From Eledone cirrhosa (lineage: Eukaryota), in the NCBI GenBank assembly GCA_964016885.1, contig OZ024747.1, positions 21,948,001 to 22,012,000 on the forward strand: 64,000 nucleotides of DNA, given 5' to 3'. Shown here one piece after another: positions 27,925 to 41,239 of this stretch. Position numbers and translations under genes: made by a program. The stretch's first letter is position 1, and every line of letters begins with the position of its first letter. The notes below the pieces were generated by a model. The model searched no databases, was not told the origin of the DNA, and saw only the letters and a list, made by a program, of their open reading frames with translations.

Positions 27925-28125
27925 AATTATTTCTATCACTGACACAAGGTCAGTAATTTGAGGGAAGCGGAAAAGTCGATTATATCTACCCCAGTACTTA
28001 ACTGGTACAGTAAGGATGAAAGATAAAGTTAACCACGGCGAGATTTGAACCCAGGACGTAGAAAGTTATAATTAAATACAGCTAAGCATTTTGTCCGATG
28101 CTCTACCGATACTGCCCATCCACAA
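27925..28125 (-). mobile_element. SINE family 1
   Basis: Family consensus match. Confidence 0.7.
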
Positions 28126-29239
28126 TCCTCATAAGTGCATTAATAATGTGTTGGTTGTTATTAAAATGTAAATGAGGTACGATAGATATTTTACCGTCCT
28201 AGTTGAAGCTCGTACTACGTGTGTTTATGTAACGATCGATAGAAAAAAGAATCAGCTTTAACCTCTAATAGAAACTTCGTCGCAGCCTTCGCTTACTGAA
28301 AGTTTAGTTTTTGATTTACAACATTCCCTACACAAACCATTAATCCGTGAACAGACAGCTAGTCCCCAATATAAGTTTACCCCACTCATAACAAACTCAT
28401 GTGAACGCCTATAGCATGGGAGAATATTCTTCCAAAATTTAGACTATATCAACATAGATAACGTTTTTGACAACATACCTTTTTGGATGATGACGGAGAT
28501 AGAAAGAAATTTCTAGTGAAACTAAAATTCCTACCAACTAAATATTACTTAAATTCGCACCTAATATCTAATTAATGTGCTTTAATGAAGTGACGAGATC
28601 ACTATCATTTATTAATATTTTAAATCAAAATACAGAATAAGGGGACAAAAATCAAGATGGTGGTATTCATGTTTACTGATCAGATATTTAGTTTTAATTT
28701 TCAGAATTTTAGATTGTAATTTTTCTTCTTGTTTTATTTCGAGCAAAACCGGATGAATTCGTTGTGTTTTTTGTTTGAAAGAGGTGAAGCTGACTTGAAT
28801 AAAATGTATGTTCCATCGCACATGAAAGCAAAGTGAAAAAATAAAAAAGAACCTACAACATTTAAAAGCAGATAAGAAGTCGTAGGATGAAAAAAAAAAG
28901 AGAACAGAACAAAACAAAAACTGTATTTTAATAGAAAACAATATGGGAGTGGGAAAATATCCCACCTAGTAGAGCGCTCTGCATATTTAATGCAAAAACG
29001 TTAGGGTCTCAAAATATTTAATATGATTAGTTGACACACTTCGATTAACTGAGATTATCCATGCAATTAGTTGACAAAACTTCCACCTAGACATGTTTAA
29101 TGTCTAAAGTCAATAGATAAGGGAAACTACTCTAATAATATGAATTAATTGAAATTCTGGAAATAAAAAAAGTGTAGTATTGAAGTGGGTTTAATATTTA
29201 AGTTAACTGGTGACAACAAGAGATATAGCCTTAACGTAA

Positions 29240-29460
29240 TAGCAACACATGACCTTAATGTAATTCCCTGGGAACTTCAGCGTGACACAGTGTGCTACAA
29301 GGCTGGTCCCTTGAATTATAGATACAGTCCATCTGACGAATTTTCAAAAAGTTTCCTCTCTATTCAATTTCAGTCACAAGGCACGGGTCGATTCGAGGCT
29401 ATAGTAAATGATACTTGCCCAAGATCGCATGCATTGGGGGTCAATCCTGACCTTGCTACG
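29240..29460 (-). mobile_element. SINE family 2 (degenerate)
   Basis: Reverse similarity to 13577-13895. Confidence 0.6.
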
Positions 29461-29484
29461 TCAACTACAGAAAACTATTACTCT

Positions 29485-29842
29485 GTTGACATCAATATAA
29501 TAAGGAGATTGCTGGAGAAATAAGACATCTATGACTCATTGATGAAGTGTCTGTAAATCCAGTACCCAAAATACCTTTTTGGTTTTTTAAGCATCATTAT
29601 TGGAGATTAAAAGTATGACAGAACTTGAATTCTTAGAGAAAAAAAAAGCTACATTATTAATATGCTACAGATGATGTAATAAAAATCTGCAAGACCTTCT
29701 TAAATTAAAAAGGGGAATAGTTGCGCAAAGACGACGATAACGACAAATCCTTTAATCTTTTTTTAGTGTCTTCTTTACAATTTTGTCACACAGCAGGTGG
29801 GCGGTCGTAATAAACTTTAAAACTCCTACCATGAAGAGAAAA
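29485..29842 (+). mobile_element. Degenerate R4/Dong-like 3' fragment followed by (CATA)n
   Basis: gacatctatgactcattgatga...aaatccagtaccc...atcattattgg resembles 52020-52100; ends gaagagaaaatacatacatac. Confidence 0.6.
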
Positions 29843-29858
29843 TACATACATACATACA

Positions 29859-29892
<34 letters not shown>

Positions 29893-30003
29893 CATACATA
29901 CGTACGTACATACATACATATATACATAAATACATACATACATACATGCATGCATGCATACATACATACATAATACATACATACATACATACATACATAC
30001 ATA

Positions 30004-30160
30004 CATGGTGGCTGCCAACTCGTTTTCGAGTACGGCCACTACTTTATATCCATATAGGAGAACCCCTACCGATGCGCTGAACGAGTGTGACTTTTTAGTC
30101 CAGCCAGCGACTTGAAAACTCTGGTACAAACACTACACTTGTGACAATTATTGACACATA
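30004..30160 (-). mobile_element. RTE-derived element 3' end (C2H2 remnant) in (CATA)n
   Basis: Matches 11036-11192 and 51108-51263. Confidence 0.75.
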
Positions 30161-30202
30161 CATACATACATACATACATACATACATACATACATACATA
30201 CA

Positions 30203-30234
<32 letters not shown>

Positions 30235-30619
30235 CATGCGTTCATGCATGCATGCATATATGCATACATACATACAGACAGACAAACAGACAAAGACATT
30301 AGCACGCGTATATAATTGTTGCAACTATAATCAGCTTACTTTGCGGGAGATTTAGATTAATACAAATACCTTTTTTATCATTTCATTAGCTTTTGTTCTC
30401 TACGGTTGTCAACTTGCAGAGGCGGATGACGAAAGTGTATTTGAAAGACCAATGCATTAATTGAATGTTAGTCAATGAAATAAAACCTTCAAACAGATAA
30501 TTGGTGGAGTCGTAGGAACGCCGTCGTGACATGCAGCGTGTCGACATTTTAAACCTGGCAGAGGCTATCCCCCTCCACGGCTGAACACAACTGATTTCTT
30601 CCAGTGAAGGAGTTTGAAA

Positions 30620-30663
<44 letters not shown>

Positions 30664-32429
30664 GAGAAAATCCACTCCAGTGCTGAACTCGTACTTCTTT
30701 TATCGACCTCGTTCTTAGTTGACCTCGGCGTGATTTGAACTAAGAACGCAGTGGACCAGACCAAATACCGAGGCCTTTTTAATACGACACGCTAGCAACT
30801 GCCAATTTTCCGCCTTCTCCAGTTATTGATTAAATTATATTATTGTTTAAACTAACTTGAAGTGCTAATGGAACGATAATATATAGTAAATTATATTCGT
30901 TTTCTTTACCTCTAGTTAAATATTTTCTTTCATAAAAAAACTAAAAAATTACTTTGAATCGTTGGCTTAAGAAAATATTAACTAGCAGCAGGCATTAGAG
31001 TTATCTCCCTTATCTGATTGGTTTAGAGTGGAACATTGCGGCGGCATTAGAGCCTGACATTTTTCTTAACTACTCCAGGAAGGGATGGGGTTGATACAAG
31101 ATGTGATACGTGTGAAGGAGAATGTTGCACATATTTGCAAATGGCACTTGAATATCAGTCTAGCATTCTTTGGAAGAAAATACATGATTTTTTTTTTCTA
31201 ATGCAATTGTAGCGACTATAACAATAAGATGTTATTGTACCGACAATTTTGGTGTCACATTACATTGGCTAAAAGTTGATGTAGAAATAGTTGTTGGCAA
31301 CCATTATTATCATATGATATATCGAGAATGTCGATCATATCTAGCAAGTAGGCGTGTGGCAGACATTAAATATATGTTTATATAGCATGTTTAGGTAGAA
31401 GAGGTCAGACTATATTCTCTGATTTAAAAAAAAGAAAGGAGGAAGAAAATTCATTTCGTTTTTATCAAAAGATAAGGCAAACAGTTTTCAGAGAACAAAT
31501 TTAAGTTTTACTATAGCAAAGGCCAGATGGTGTTAGTTCCTAACAAATGCTCTCGACGGTTATAAGGATGTTTCTAGATTGTGTTCTGTTTTTGTGAGAC
31601 GTACAGTAGTCAGTTTTGTTTTACTTTGTTTTAAGCCATGTTAGTGGGATTGTATGAAATAAGGTATTAAATATGGAATCAGAAACTATGTTTAAGTACT
31701 TTCTTGCCAGCTTTTTGGCGTTTGTATTGGAAGGATTGAGTTTGTGACTGGCTATTTGGATATTCTCTGAAAATCGGTAAGATGATATTACTAAAACTAG
31801 TTGGAAATTCTATATACTTTCTCTAAAAATTCCTTGTTTAACTTAGTTTGGTATTTACATATTTTGCGAAGTATGTTGGCGATTCTTTACAATGAGTGGT
31901 GCTAATAACAAGGTAGATATAAAACGTAACTGGATGCATTACATCATTTGAGTTTCTAGTCAAACAAATGAAATGAAATGTCTGCCAATTCTTCGAACGG
32001 TAATTAAATTAGCACGTTATATCATGCAGATCTTTTGCTAAGATATAATTTAAACGAAGTAATTGAAACCTACGACATCATTTATTTGAGGAGTCATTGA
32101 CAGGATTTAAAAATCTATTGGTAAGGTGTTAGGAATTATTAGAAAACACTATAAAAGCCGGTGTTGAAAGTAACACACGTGGTGAGGATATCGCGTGAGT
32201 TTAACTTCTAATGTCAATAATGACATTTAAGAATGTCTCTTTAGTAACTGAATCCAGTTTAATCTAATTACTTAAAGCATTGAATTTCTAAAACGAAATC
32301 AAAAAGAAATATATATTTCTTCTGATTTGTTATGTTCTTTTCGTGGATAACGCTAAATTCTGATCTGATGAAACGTCATGCTTAAGTAAGAAGCGTTTTA
32401 TTTTGTCCTGATCCGCCCACTCTATACAC

Positions 32430-32762
32430 GCATGTGGTGAAGAATTTTGCTTAGCAACTTTAGGGTCCTACGTTCAACCCCACTGATGACATCTTCAGCA
32501 AGAGTCATTTACCATAGCCCCGGGTCGACCGAATCCTTGTGTGTGAAACTGGATGAGTGGAAACTGTTTGGAAACCAGTCAGATGCACTATACTTACAAC
32601 TCAAAGAGCCAGTCGTGTCACGCTGAATTTTCCTGTAAATTACATTAAGGATACACGTGTCTGTAAAATACTCAGCTATTTACACGGTAACTTCATGCGC
32701 AGGCTGTTCCGTTGATCGAACGATTGAAACAGTCATCGCCAAAATCGATGGAGCACCATCGT
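32430..32762 (+). mobile_element. SINE family 2
   Basis: Similarity to 13577-13895. Confidence 0.7.
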
Positions 32763-33147
32763 TTTTGTAAAACCCATCCCTGAAAGGTCTGGTGACACTG
32801 GTGATTTTGCAATCCTACATTTGACATAGTTTGTGCTTAATGCCTGATCCCTACACATCACATATCAATGCTTTAGTCTCAGGTTTCAAGCCATGTCTTT
32901 CTGCTCAGCTCTTTTTGAAACTACCTAAACATTCTATTTTATTTTCATTTCATTCCAGCTTCTAGGGTCACTGTTTCTGTGTATTCTTCCTGTTCAGTCA
33001 TGCTTTAACTACATCCGTTAATCTCACTTGAACAAGTAAAGATTCGATGGCATTTTTAATATACCAACTTAGTCTATTCTGTTCAAATCCCGCCGAGGTT
33101 AGCTTTGTCTTTCATCCTTACGGCGTCGATTAAATAAAGTACCGGTA

Positions 33148-33660
33148 TCGCATCACTCTAGGTTGGGCAGCTTTCAGCAAGAACAAGGAAGTACTCACAT
33201 CAAAACGAGTTTCCTATCATTTGAAGGCTAAGATCTTTGATACTTACATCCTACCAGTTGTGTTATATGGTCTTGACTGTGTTAATTGGATGACAAGATC
33301 ACTTCAGAAGCTCTCTACATTCCAGAACCACATCATGAGACTTATGACTGGCAAGCGGCTCAGTGACCGTATCTGTATCAGTGAGCTGCTCAACATTACC
33401 AGACTTAGACTAATTACATCAATCGCCAAGTCAAGAGTACTCAAACTATACAGCCATATAAAAAGATCAACTCTTGGTGTGAGTAGGTCATGCCTGGAAG
33501 GAAGGTCGGCTGGTAAGAAAATCAGAGGCCGGCAACCAAAACGATGGCTTGACAATGTCAACCTATGGACAGGACTGGATCTTTGCTCTTTAATCTCTGC
33601 TGCTGGAGAAAAATATCTCATGTTGATGTCTGCAACTGGTGGAGTTTAAAGTCACAAGAA
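33148..33660 (+). mobile_element. RTE LINE 3' fragment nested in a family 1 SINE
   Basis: RITLGWAAF...IFDTYILPVVLYG...GRQPKRWLDNV; SINE halves at 33080-33147 and 33661-33725. Confidence 0.8.
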
Positions 33661-33869
33661 ACGCACTGGGATCGATTTAATTGACTTTCCCTTCCCCTAA
33701 AATTGTCTAAATCAACAACTACTATTATAACCTTTTAATATCTCTTCTTCGTTATTCCATTATGAATCTTTTGCAGCTCGTTTCAAACAACAAAAACCCT
33801 CCCAAATTGTTAACCTTGTGCCTAAATCAGAAACAATTATTATTATTATTTGTATTAGTATAAACTAAT

Positions 33870-33914
33870 AGTATTAGTATTAACAGTAGTAATGGTAGCA
33901 TTAGCATCAGCATC

Positions 33915-33958
<44 letters not shown>

Positions 33959-34054
33959 CAACAATAGTATTAGCATTAATAGTAGTAGTAGTAGCAGTAG
34001 CAACAATAGCATTAGCATAATAGTAGTAGTGGTAGCATTAGCATCAGCACCACC

Positions 34055-34085
<31 letters not shown>

Positions 34086-34093
34086 TAGTGGTG

Positions 34094-34135
<42 letters not shown>

Positions 34136-34146
34136 TAGTGGTGGTG

Positions 34147-34204
<58 letters not shown>

Positions 34205-34217
34205 AAGTATAGTGGTG

Positions 34218-34263
<46 letters not shown>

Positions 34264-34762
34264 AATAGTGGTGAGGAGATAGTGAAGAGGTTGTAGCGAT
34301 GATGAAAGTGGATGAAATGCTGTCATAACTTGTATTGTTGCTGATGTTGACGCTGATGCTGCTGATAATGATAATGATGATGATAATGATGATGATGATG
34401 CTTATATAGATGATGATGACGATGGCGGTGAGGAGGATGCCAGCGAAAGTGACGGTGGCAGCGGCAGTTGTGTTGGTTGCGGTGTTGGTGATGGAGGCGG
34501 TGATGGTGAAGGTGGTAGGGGTGATGGTGGAGGTGGTAGTGATGGTGGTGGAGGTGGCGGTGGCGTTAGTGGTGGTGGTTGCGCTGTTGGCGATGGAGGT
34601 GGTGATGGTGAAGGTGGTAGGGGTGATGGTGGAGGTGGTAGTGGAGGTGGTGGAGGTGGCGGTGGCGTTAGTGGTGGTGGTTGCGGTGTTGGTGAAGGTG
34701 GTAGGGGTGATGGTGGAGGTGGTGATGGTGGCGGTGGAGGTGGTGGCGACGGCGGTGGTGGG
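33870..34762. repeat. Mosaic TAG/TGG/TGA trinucleotide tract
   Basis: Direct reading. Confidence 0.85.
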
Positions 34763-34929
34763 GGAAGACAACCGTGTACAGCGAAACATTCACTTAGTGA
34801 GACTTCATTCTTCGTTTAACAGGAATTTCGATTATCTTCACAGAGGTAACAGGATATTTTACGCAAGAGTGAACAGCGTAGACAAGGCGAAGGTAGAGCC
34901 GCATTTAGGGAGCTGAAGAACAGGGTGTT

Positions 34930-35392
34930 ACAATAGGGGAACAGTTGAAAATGGTGCCGTAATAGGGGAACAGTTGAAAATGGTGCCACAATAGGGGAAC
35001 AGTTGAAAATGGTGCCGTAATAGGGGAACAGTTGAAAATGGTGCCACAATAGGGGAACAGTTGAAAATGGTGCCGTAATAGGGGAACAGTTGAAAATGGT
35101 GCCACAATAGGGGAACAGTTGAAAATGGTGCCACAATAGGGGAACAGTTGAAAATGGTGCCACAATAGGGGAACAGTTGAAAATGGTGCCGTAATAGGGG
35201 AACAGTTGAAAATGGTGCCACAATAGGGGAACAGTTGAAAATGGTGCCACAATAGGGGAACAGTTGAAAATGGTGCCACAATAGGGGAACAGTTGAAAAT
35301 GGTGCCACAATAGGGGAACAGTTGAAAATGGTGCCGTAATAGGGGAACAGTTGAAAATGGTGCCGTAATAGGGGAACAGTTGAAAATGGTGA
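34930..35392. repeat. 29-bp minisatellite x ~16 (two variants)
   Basis: aataggggaacagttgaaaatggtgcc(ac/gt). Confidence 0.95.
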
Positions 35393-35449
35393 CGCAGTAA
35401 GGTGGCTGTTGAACATGGTGCCGCAGCGTCCATACATGCAATATAGGAT

Positions 35450-35845
35450 AATGATTTCTAGTATAGGCACAAGGCCAGTAATTTTTTTGGGGGGAAAGTC
35501 GATTAAATCGACCCCAGTACATTACTGGTACTTTATTTTATCGACCCCGTAAGGATGAAAGGCAAAGTTAACCTCGGCGGGATTTGAACTCAGGCCGTAA
35601 AGGACCGTAACTCTATGCTGCAATGCATATGGTTTCTGATTTAGGCACAAGGCCAACAATTTGGGCGAGGAGAAAGTTGATTAAATCGCCCAAGTGCATT
35701 ACTGGTACTTTATTTTATCGAACCCGTAAGGATGAAAGGCAAAGTTGACCTTGGCGGGATTTGAACTTAAGATGTAAAGAAGCGGAATAAAGACCACAAA
35801 GCATTTTCTCCGACACTCTAACGATTCTGCCAATCTACCGCCCTT
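35450..35845 (-). mobile_element. Two tandem SINE family 1 copies
   Basis: Family consensus match. Confidence 0.85.
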
Positions 35846-36194
35846 AACACACAATATAAATAATAAACTTGTTTTCTTGTCAGTTTTTTAAAGATTTTGT
35901 TCTATGTAGTACCCGATTGAAACAATATCACCCCATATTGTATACCTTATTTATTTTTAAAAGACAATAGGGTGTGTTTTGAAGACGTGGACTGCTCTTT
36001 CTAATAGTTCCAGTGGTCACACAGAGACTCTTCTGTTAACTACAAACAATGCATACATGTGTTGTTATTTAGCCCCAGGTTAGACCTATATATAAAATAC
36101 GAATAGAAGAAACACCCAGACAAAGAAAAATATCTTTAATATCTGCACATACAACACACGCACCATCAATGACTGTAATACCGACTCTCTTGAG

Positions 36195-36362
36195 ACAAAA
36201 TCGACCTCAGTGCGTGACTGGTATTTTATTTTATCGATCCCGTAAGGATGAAAGGCAAAGTTAACCTCGGCGGGATTTGAACTCAGACCGTAAAGGGCTG
36301 AAACTCTATGCTGCAAAGCATAGAGTCTGACCTTCTACCGATACAGCCAATCTACTGCCCCT
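36195..36362 (-). mobile_element. SINE family 1
   Basis: Family consensus match. Confidence 0.85.
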
Positions 36363-36754
36363 TGGCTCCAAACATTGTATATGTTCAATGAATATGTTAT
36401 CTTATATTAAAAAACAAATATTAATAATACAAAGTCAACAACACCTTTCTTACATAAATAACATAACTGAGGGTAGGACCAGGTAAATGACAATATGTGA
36501 CAGTCTACATAGAACATTACATGTTTAATATCAATGTTAAACAGAATAAACCTAATTTCTTTTTAGGACAAACTTAACATTGTGCAAATTTACTTAACTT
36601 TTCAAACAGCGTTTACTCAGTTGTGTATTTGTGAGTGTGTGGTGTGCGTGTGTGTGTGTATGTGTGTGTTTGTGTTTGTGGGTGGGTGTATGTGAGTGTA
36701 TGTATGTGTATGTATGCGTGTATATGTGCGTGTGTGTGTATGCCTGTGTGTGTA

Positions 36755-36800
<46 letters not shown>

Positions 36801-38059
36801 TGGGTATATGTGGGTGTATGTGTGTGTGTGTGTGTAATGTGTGCGTGCATGTATGTGTGTGTGGGTGTGAGTGTGTGTGGATGTATGCGTGTATGCGTGT
36901 ATGTGTGTGTGTGAGAGAGATAGTGTAGGCGTATGTGTGTGTGTGTATATACATATGTGTGTGTGTATACATATGTGTGTGTGTGTATACATAAGTGTGT
37001 GTATGTGTGTTTGTGAGTACGTGTGAGTGTATGTGTGTGTGAATGTCGTTTCGTAGGTTATGTGTACATTTGAAGACTTCGAAGCGCAGTTTCAGATAAA
37101 CAACTTTGTCACCTTCTTAACATTAACAAGACAACGCGTTTTGCCAGTATGTTTAGCTTTAAAAGCTTTGGGAAAGCCAACCGCTCCTTGCACTAACGAA
37201 GTATGTAGAAACCGGAATGTCAGCTTATAAAATTAATATAAACAAGCCGAGTAGATGAAAAAAAAAATTATAATTAATTAGATACATAAAAAAGAAAAGA
37301 AAGAAACATATATTTCAACATATTTTTGTAGATCTGGTTTTAGATCAGGTATGAAACTATTACTAGCTGTTTGTTATGTGTTGCATAATAAAAAAATATC
37401 GGCTGGTTTAGTCAAATTGTTATCAGCATAAAGGACGTGACAAAATGTAGGTTAAAGGTTACAGGGTGGCAAATATGGTGATCTTTCAAAGTTTGAGAAA
37501 TTTCTGTTGGTTTTGTCAATGTTCTGGAATGTATGTTTAACTTGTTACCTTCCTTACCTTACTACTATTAATATTACTTGCAGTCTTGGGTCAAGGTAGA
37601 CCAAGATTGAATGTCTGGCATCTGGAATGTTGTCAAACGCTCACAGTCCTCTGCCAGTCGGGCAATATGGCTGCTGAAACGATCAGTGTAGTATTTTATA
37701 GGGAGTTAGTGGAGGGAATATGCAATGATGTGCTGGGGAAGATTCTGGGTATTGACGAAGACCAGCTTAGTAGCTTGTTGCAGACGACTTCCGAATCTGA
37801 GTCTACTGATAACTTTCAAATATCTCGAGATGTGTTGGAAACGACGAAACTGTTCACGACGTACTCATCCACTGTCCGAATATTGGTGACATGTGAAAAT
37901 ATGTCAAACAGCTGTTATTTCGTGTAGGACAGATTCGGTTGTTGACCGAGTCCTTTGTAAAGATCTTCCCACCATAGGATGGATACAGCTGAAGAGTTTG
38001 AGAACAGATCTTTATCTTTCCAACCACCTCCACATTATCTCAGAGAGAGAGGGGGGATT

Positions 38060-38092
<33 letters not shown>

Positions 38093-38114
38093 TATATATA
38101 TATATATATATATA

Positions 38115-38305
38115 TAGGAACGAGTAGGACCCCGACGGCTGAGCTCAAGCCGTTTCGACGGCTAATTCTGGACTGAATTAGCTGTCGAAACGGCTTGAGC
38201 TCAGCCGTCGGGGTCCTACTCGTTCCTATTACCCACTCTACTACCCTAAGTATTGAGTACTTTGGTGCGTTATGGTCCATCTGGTTCCTTACCACATTTC
38301 CTTCG

Positions 38306-38308
<3 letters not shown>
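38115..38308 (+). mobile_element. Penelope-like inverted+tail insertion, family A copy 2
   Basis: Palindrome 38115-38228, tail 38229-38308, (TA)n both sides. Confidence 0.7.
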
Positions 38309-38343
<35 letters not shown>

Positions 38344-38350
<7 letters not shown>

Positions 38351-38629
38351 AATAAAAATACAATATAATTACCTCATTACCAGAGGTTTCCCGAATAAGA
38401 CGAATACGAAAAACGTCCTCATTCGTTTAAAACATAGTTTTAAAACTATGTTTTAAATTGCCTTATCCGACGAACGAATGAGGACGTTTTTCGTATTCGT
38501 CTTATTCGGGAAACCTCTGGTAATGAGGTAATTATATTGTATTGTTTATTATACATTAAATTTAGCTCTGGTACTTACATAGAGCACTCTTCACTCCTAT
38601 GACTTTTTCAATTTTCAACGGTAACTTCA

Positions 38630-38632
<3 letters not shown>
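38344..38632 (+). mobile_element. Penelope-like inverted+tail insertion, family D (HHR-bearing)
   Basis: Inverted arms 38344-38426 and 38473-38557, tail to 38632, TA flanks. Confidence 0.7.
38456..38533 (+). ncRNA. Type I hammerhead variant (CCGACGA core)
   Basis: aattgccttat CCGACGA a-cgaatgaggacg...cgtcttattcg-g GAA acc-tct-ggt A atgaggtaatt; 11-bp stem I with G-U pairs. Confidence 0.65.
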
Positions 38633-38658
<26 letters not shown>

Positions 38659-38661
<3 letters not shown>

Positions 38662-38953
38662 GATATTAAATAAATGGAAACTATATTTATAAAACCATAT
38701 TTATTTCGTTATATATATTTCAGGGATATCATATTAACAATATGTTATGCCTTCTTCAGACAAAATAGAAGAAGGCATAACATATTGTTAATATGATATC
38801 CCTGAAATATATATAACGAAATAAATATGGTTTTATAAATATAGTTTCCATTTATTTAATATCATAAATATACTCCAAATACTTGTTGAGTGCTTTTATA
38901 TCAGTTATAAATATTTACTCGTTGTTAACCCAACAATTTAAATATAACTTTCC

Positions 38954-38956
<3 letters not shown>
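38659..38956 (+). mobile_element. Penelope-like inverted+tail insertion, family E (HHR-bearing)
   Basis: About 100-bp arms 38659-38758 and 38768-38866, tail 38867-38956, TA flanks. Confidence 0.7.
38703..38766 (-). ncRNA. Type I hammerhead
   Basis: attttgt CTGAAGA agg...cct GAA at-atat-at A acgaaat; AUA triplet. Confidence 0.6.
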
Positions 38957-39012
<56 letters not shown>

Positions 39013-39408
39013 GAGAGAGAGAAAGATAAAGTGTTAGATGTGTGTGTGTGTGTCTGTGTGAGTGTGTGTGTGTACAGCTATCCCTGATTAGCATTAAGAT
39101 ATCGTACAGATTCAGGCTTATCCATTGTCACTGGTAAAATGTTATATAGTTTACTAATATATTTGACTAACTCAAGATCACATTTTATCGCCCTATTCTC
39201 TAAATTAGTTATAGGCTTGAAGTTATCTATGCGCTCCCTCTTTTAAGGGCCCCTTTTCAGCAACCACACCACCCCTCGGCTCATATAAATAGGAATTCTC
39301 CCGTTCTGCTGCCAGTTGGTGGTAATGGGGATAGTGGTGATTATTATGATGTTGGTGTTGTTGTTGTTAGTGGAGGCGGTAGTTGATGGTGGGAGTGTTA
39401 GTAAATAA

Positions 39409-39795
39409 TGGTGGCGTGAGGTGGCGTGTGGTGGCGTGAAGGGGCGTGTGGTGGTGTGTGGTGGCGGTGATGGTGGCGTGTGGTGGCGGTGATGGTGGCG
39501 GTGATGGTGGCGTGAGGTGGCGTGAGGTGGCGTGAGGAGGTGGCGTGTGGTGGCGGTGATGGTGGCGGTGATGGTGGCGTGAGGTGGCGTGAGGTGGCGT
39601 GAGGCGGCGTGTGGTGGCGTGAGGTGGCGTGAGGTGGCGTGTGGTGGCGGTGATGGTGGCGTGAGGTGGCGTGAGGTGGCGTGAGGAGGTGGTGTGTGGT
39701 GGCGTGTGGTGGCGGTGATGGTGGCGTGAGGTGGCGTGAGGTGGCGTGAGGTGGCGTGTGGTGGCGTGAGGTGGCGTGTGGTGGCGGTGATGGTG
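39409..39795. repeat. GC-rich compound minisatellite (ggtggcgtga / ggtggcgtgt / ggtggcggtgat)
   Basis: Direct reading. Confidence 0.9.
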
Positions 39796-39859
39796 AATAG
39801 TTCAGTTATGAGGTAGACAAGATATAATAGAAGCCCCATTTGATTCCATTCACTTCACT

Positions 39860-39924
<65 letters not shown>

Positions 39925-40419
39925 ATAGCTGCTGTCGTATATGTATGTGTGCGTGCGTGTGCATGCACCCTTGTGTGCATATGCGTGTGTGTTTGATTGG
40001 AAGTGTGCGTGTTTGTGTGGGCTTGTGTGTGTGTGTCTATGTGTATGTCTGCGCTTGCGCGTGCGTGTGTGTCTCTTCGTGAACATGCGCGTGCCTGTGT
40101 ATGCATGCGTATGTGTGTTTGTGTGTGCCTGTGTTTGAGTATATTTGAGTGTGTGTGTGTGCTTGTGTGTGTGTGTGCCTGTGTTTGAGTGTTTGAGTGT
40201 GTTTGAGTGAGCTTGTGTGTGTATGTATATATTTGTGCGTGTTTCTTGCCGCTTTTTTAACCCGAAGTCTGGCACGGCATGTGTCGTCTGCTTTGAACGA
40301 AAACAGCGAGAAGTCAGACATATTTTCTCCTTGGTTTGCGATAATGAAGCTCAGTAGACAAATAAACAAAGGTCTACAAAGCAAGAGCAACAGAAATAAC
40401 GACAATAACAGTGATAATT

Positions 40420-40610
40420 TCTCATTTTGACACAAGGCCAGCAATTTTTAGCGGGAGGGGATGTCGATTATATCAACCAAAATACTTGACTGGTATTTTA
40501 CTTTATCGGTATCGGAAGGATAAAAGGCAAAGTTGGCCTCGGTGGGATTTGAACACAGAATGAAAAGAGCCAGGACAAATACTGCTAAACATCGACTCGA
40601 CTCTGCCAAT
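40420..40610 (-). mobile_element. SINE family 1
   Basis: Family consensus match. Confidence 0.7.
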
Positions 40611-40784
40611 GACAACATCAGCTATCAATTAACAACAATGATATGGAGGTGTAAGCGCTCTGTGTAATGTCTGAGATTGCTAGAAACAACAGTCAAACCT
40701 CAAACCACACTATATCGTTTTATAGAAATAAATGACATTAAATAACGTCTTAGGTACATTATGCAAAAAAGAGTGAACACATCA

Positions 40785-41115
40785 TGACCGAATGGTTAAG
40801 AACTTCGCCTGGCAGTCATTAGGTGCCAGGTTCGATCCTCCCTGCGGGATATCTTGGGCGATGGTTATTTACGATAGCCTCGGGTCGACCCATGGCTTGT
40901 GAATGAATTTAAAAAGATAGAAACTGTTTGGAAGCCCGTCAGATAGCTGTACCTGTAATTCAATGGACCAGTTCTGTCATGCACGGTGTCACGCTAATTT
41001 TTCCCCAGAATCAGGTAAATGGTACACATATCTGTAGAATGCTCAGCCACTTGCACGTCACTTTCATGAATAAACTGTTTTGTTGATCTAACACCTGGAA
41101 CACATATCGTCGAAA
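40785..41115 (+). mobile_element. SINE family 2
   Basis: tgaccgaatggttaag...ggttcgatcc head plus family body. Confidence 0.75.
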
Positions 41116-41239
41116 TCGATATTAACAGAAATAAGAAATCCACAATCATTAAAAATTCATAAACGGGTAACGTACTGAATAATGTACTCCTAGGTATACT
41201 ATATCTAGAGAAAAAAACCGAATGGTTATGACTTGAAGG

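Noticed and set aside
30850-32400. Repeat-free stretch as a possible exon or conserved element
   Set aside because: No ORF, splice pattern or motif that I can support from the sequence alone.
33827-34916. Mucin-like Thr-rich ORF
   Set aside because: Mosaic trinucleotide repeat with no signal peptide or splice evidence.
34930-35392. CRISPR-like appearance of the 29-bp repeat (also the 60- and 61-bp arrays)
   Set aside because: No unique spacers, no cas genes, eukaryotic context.
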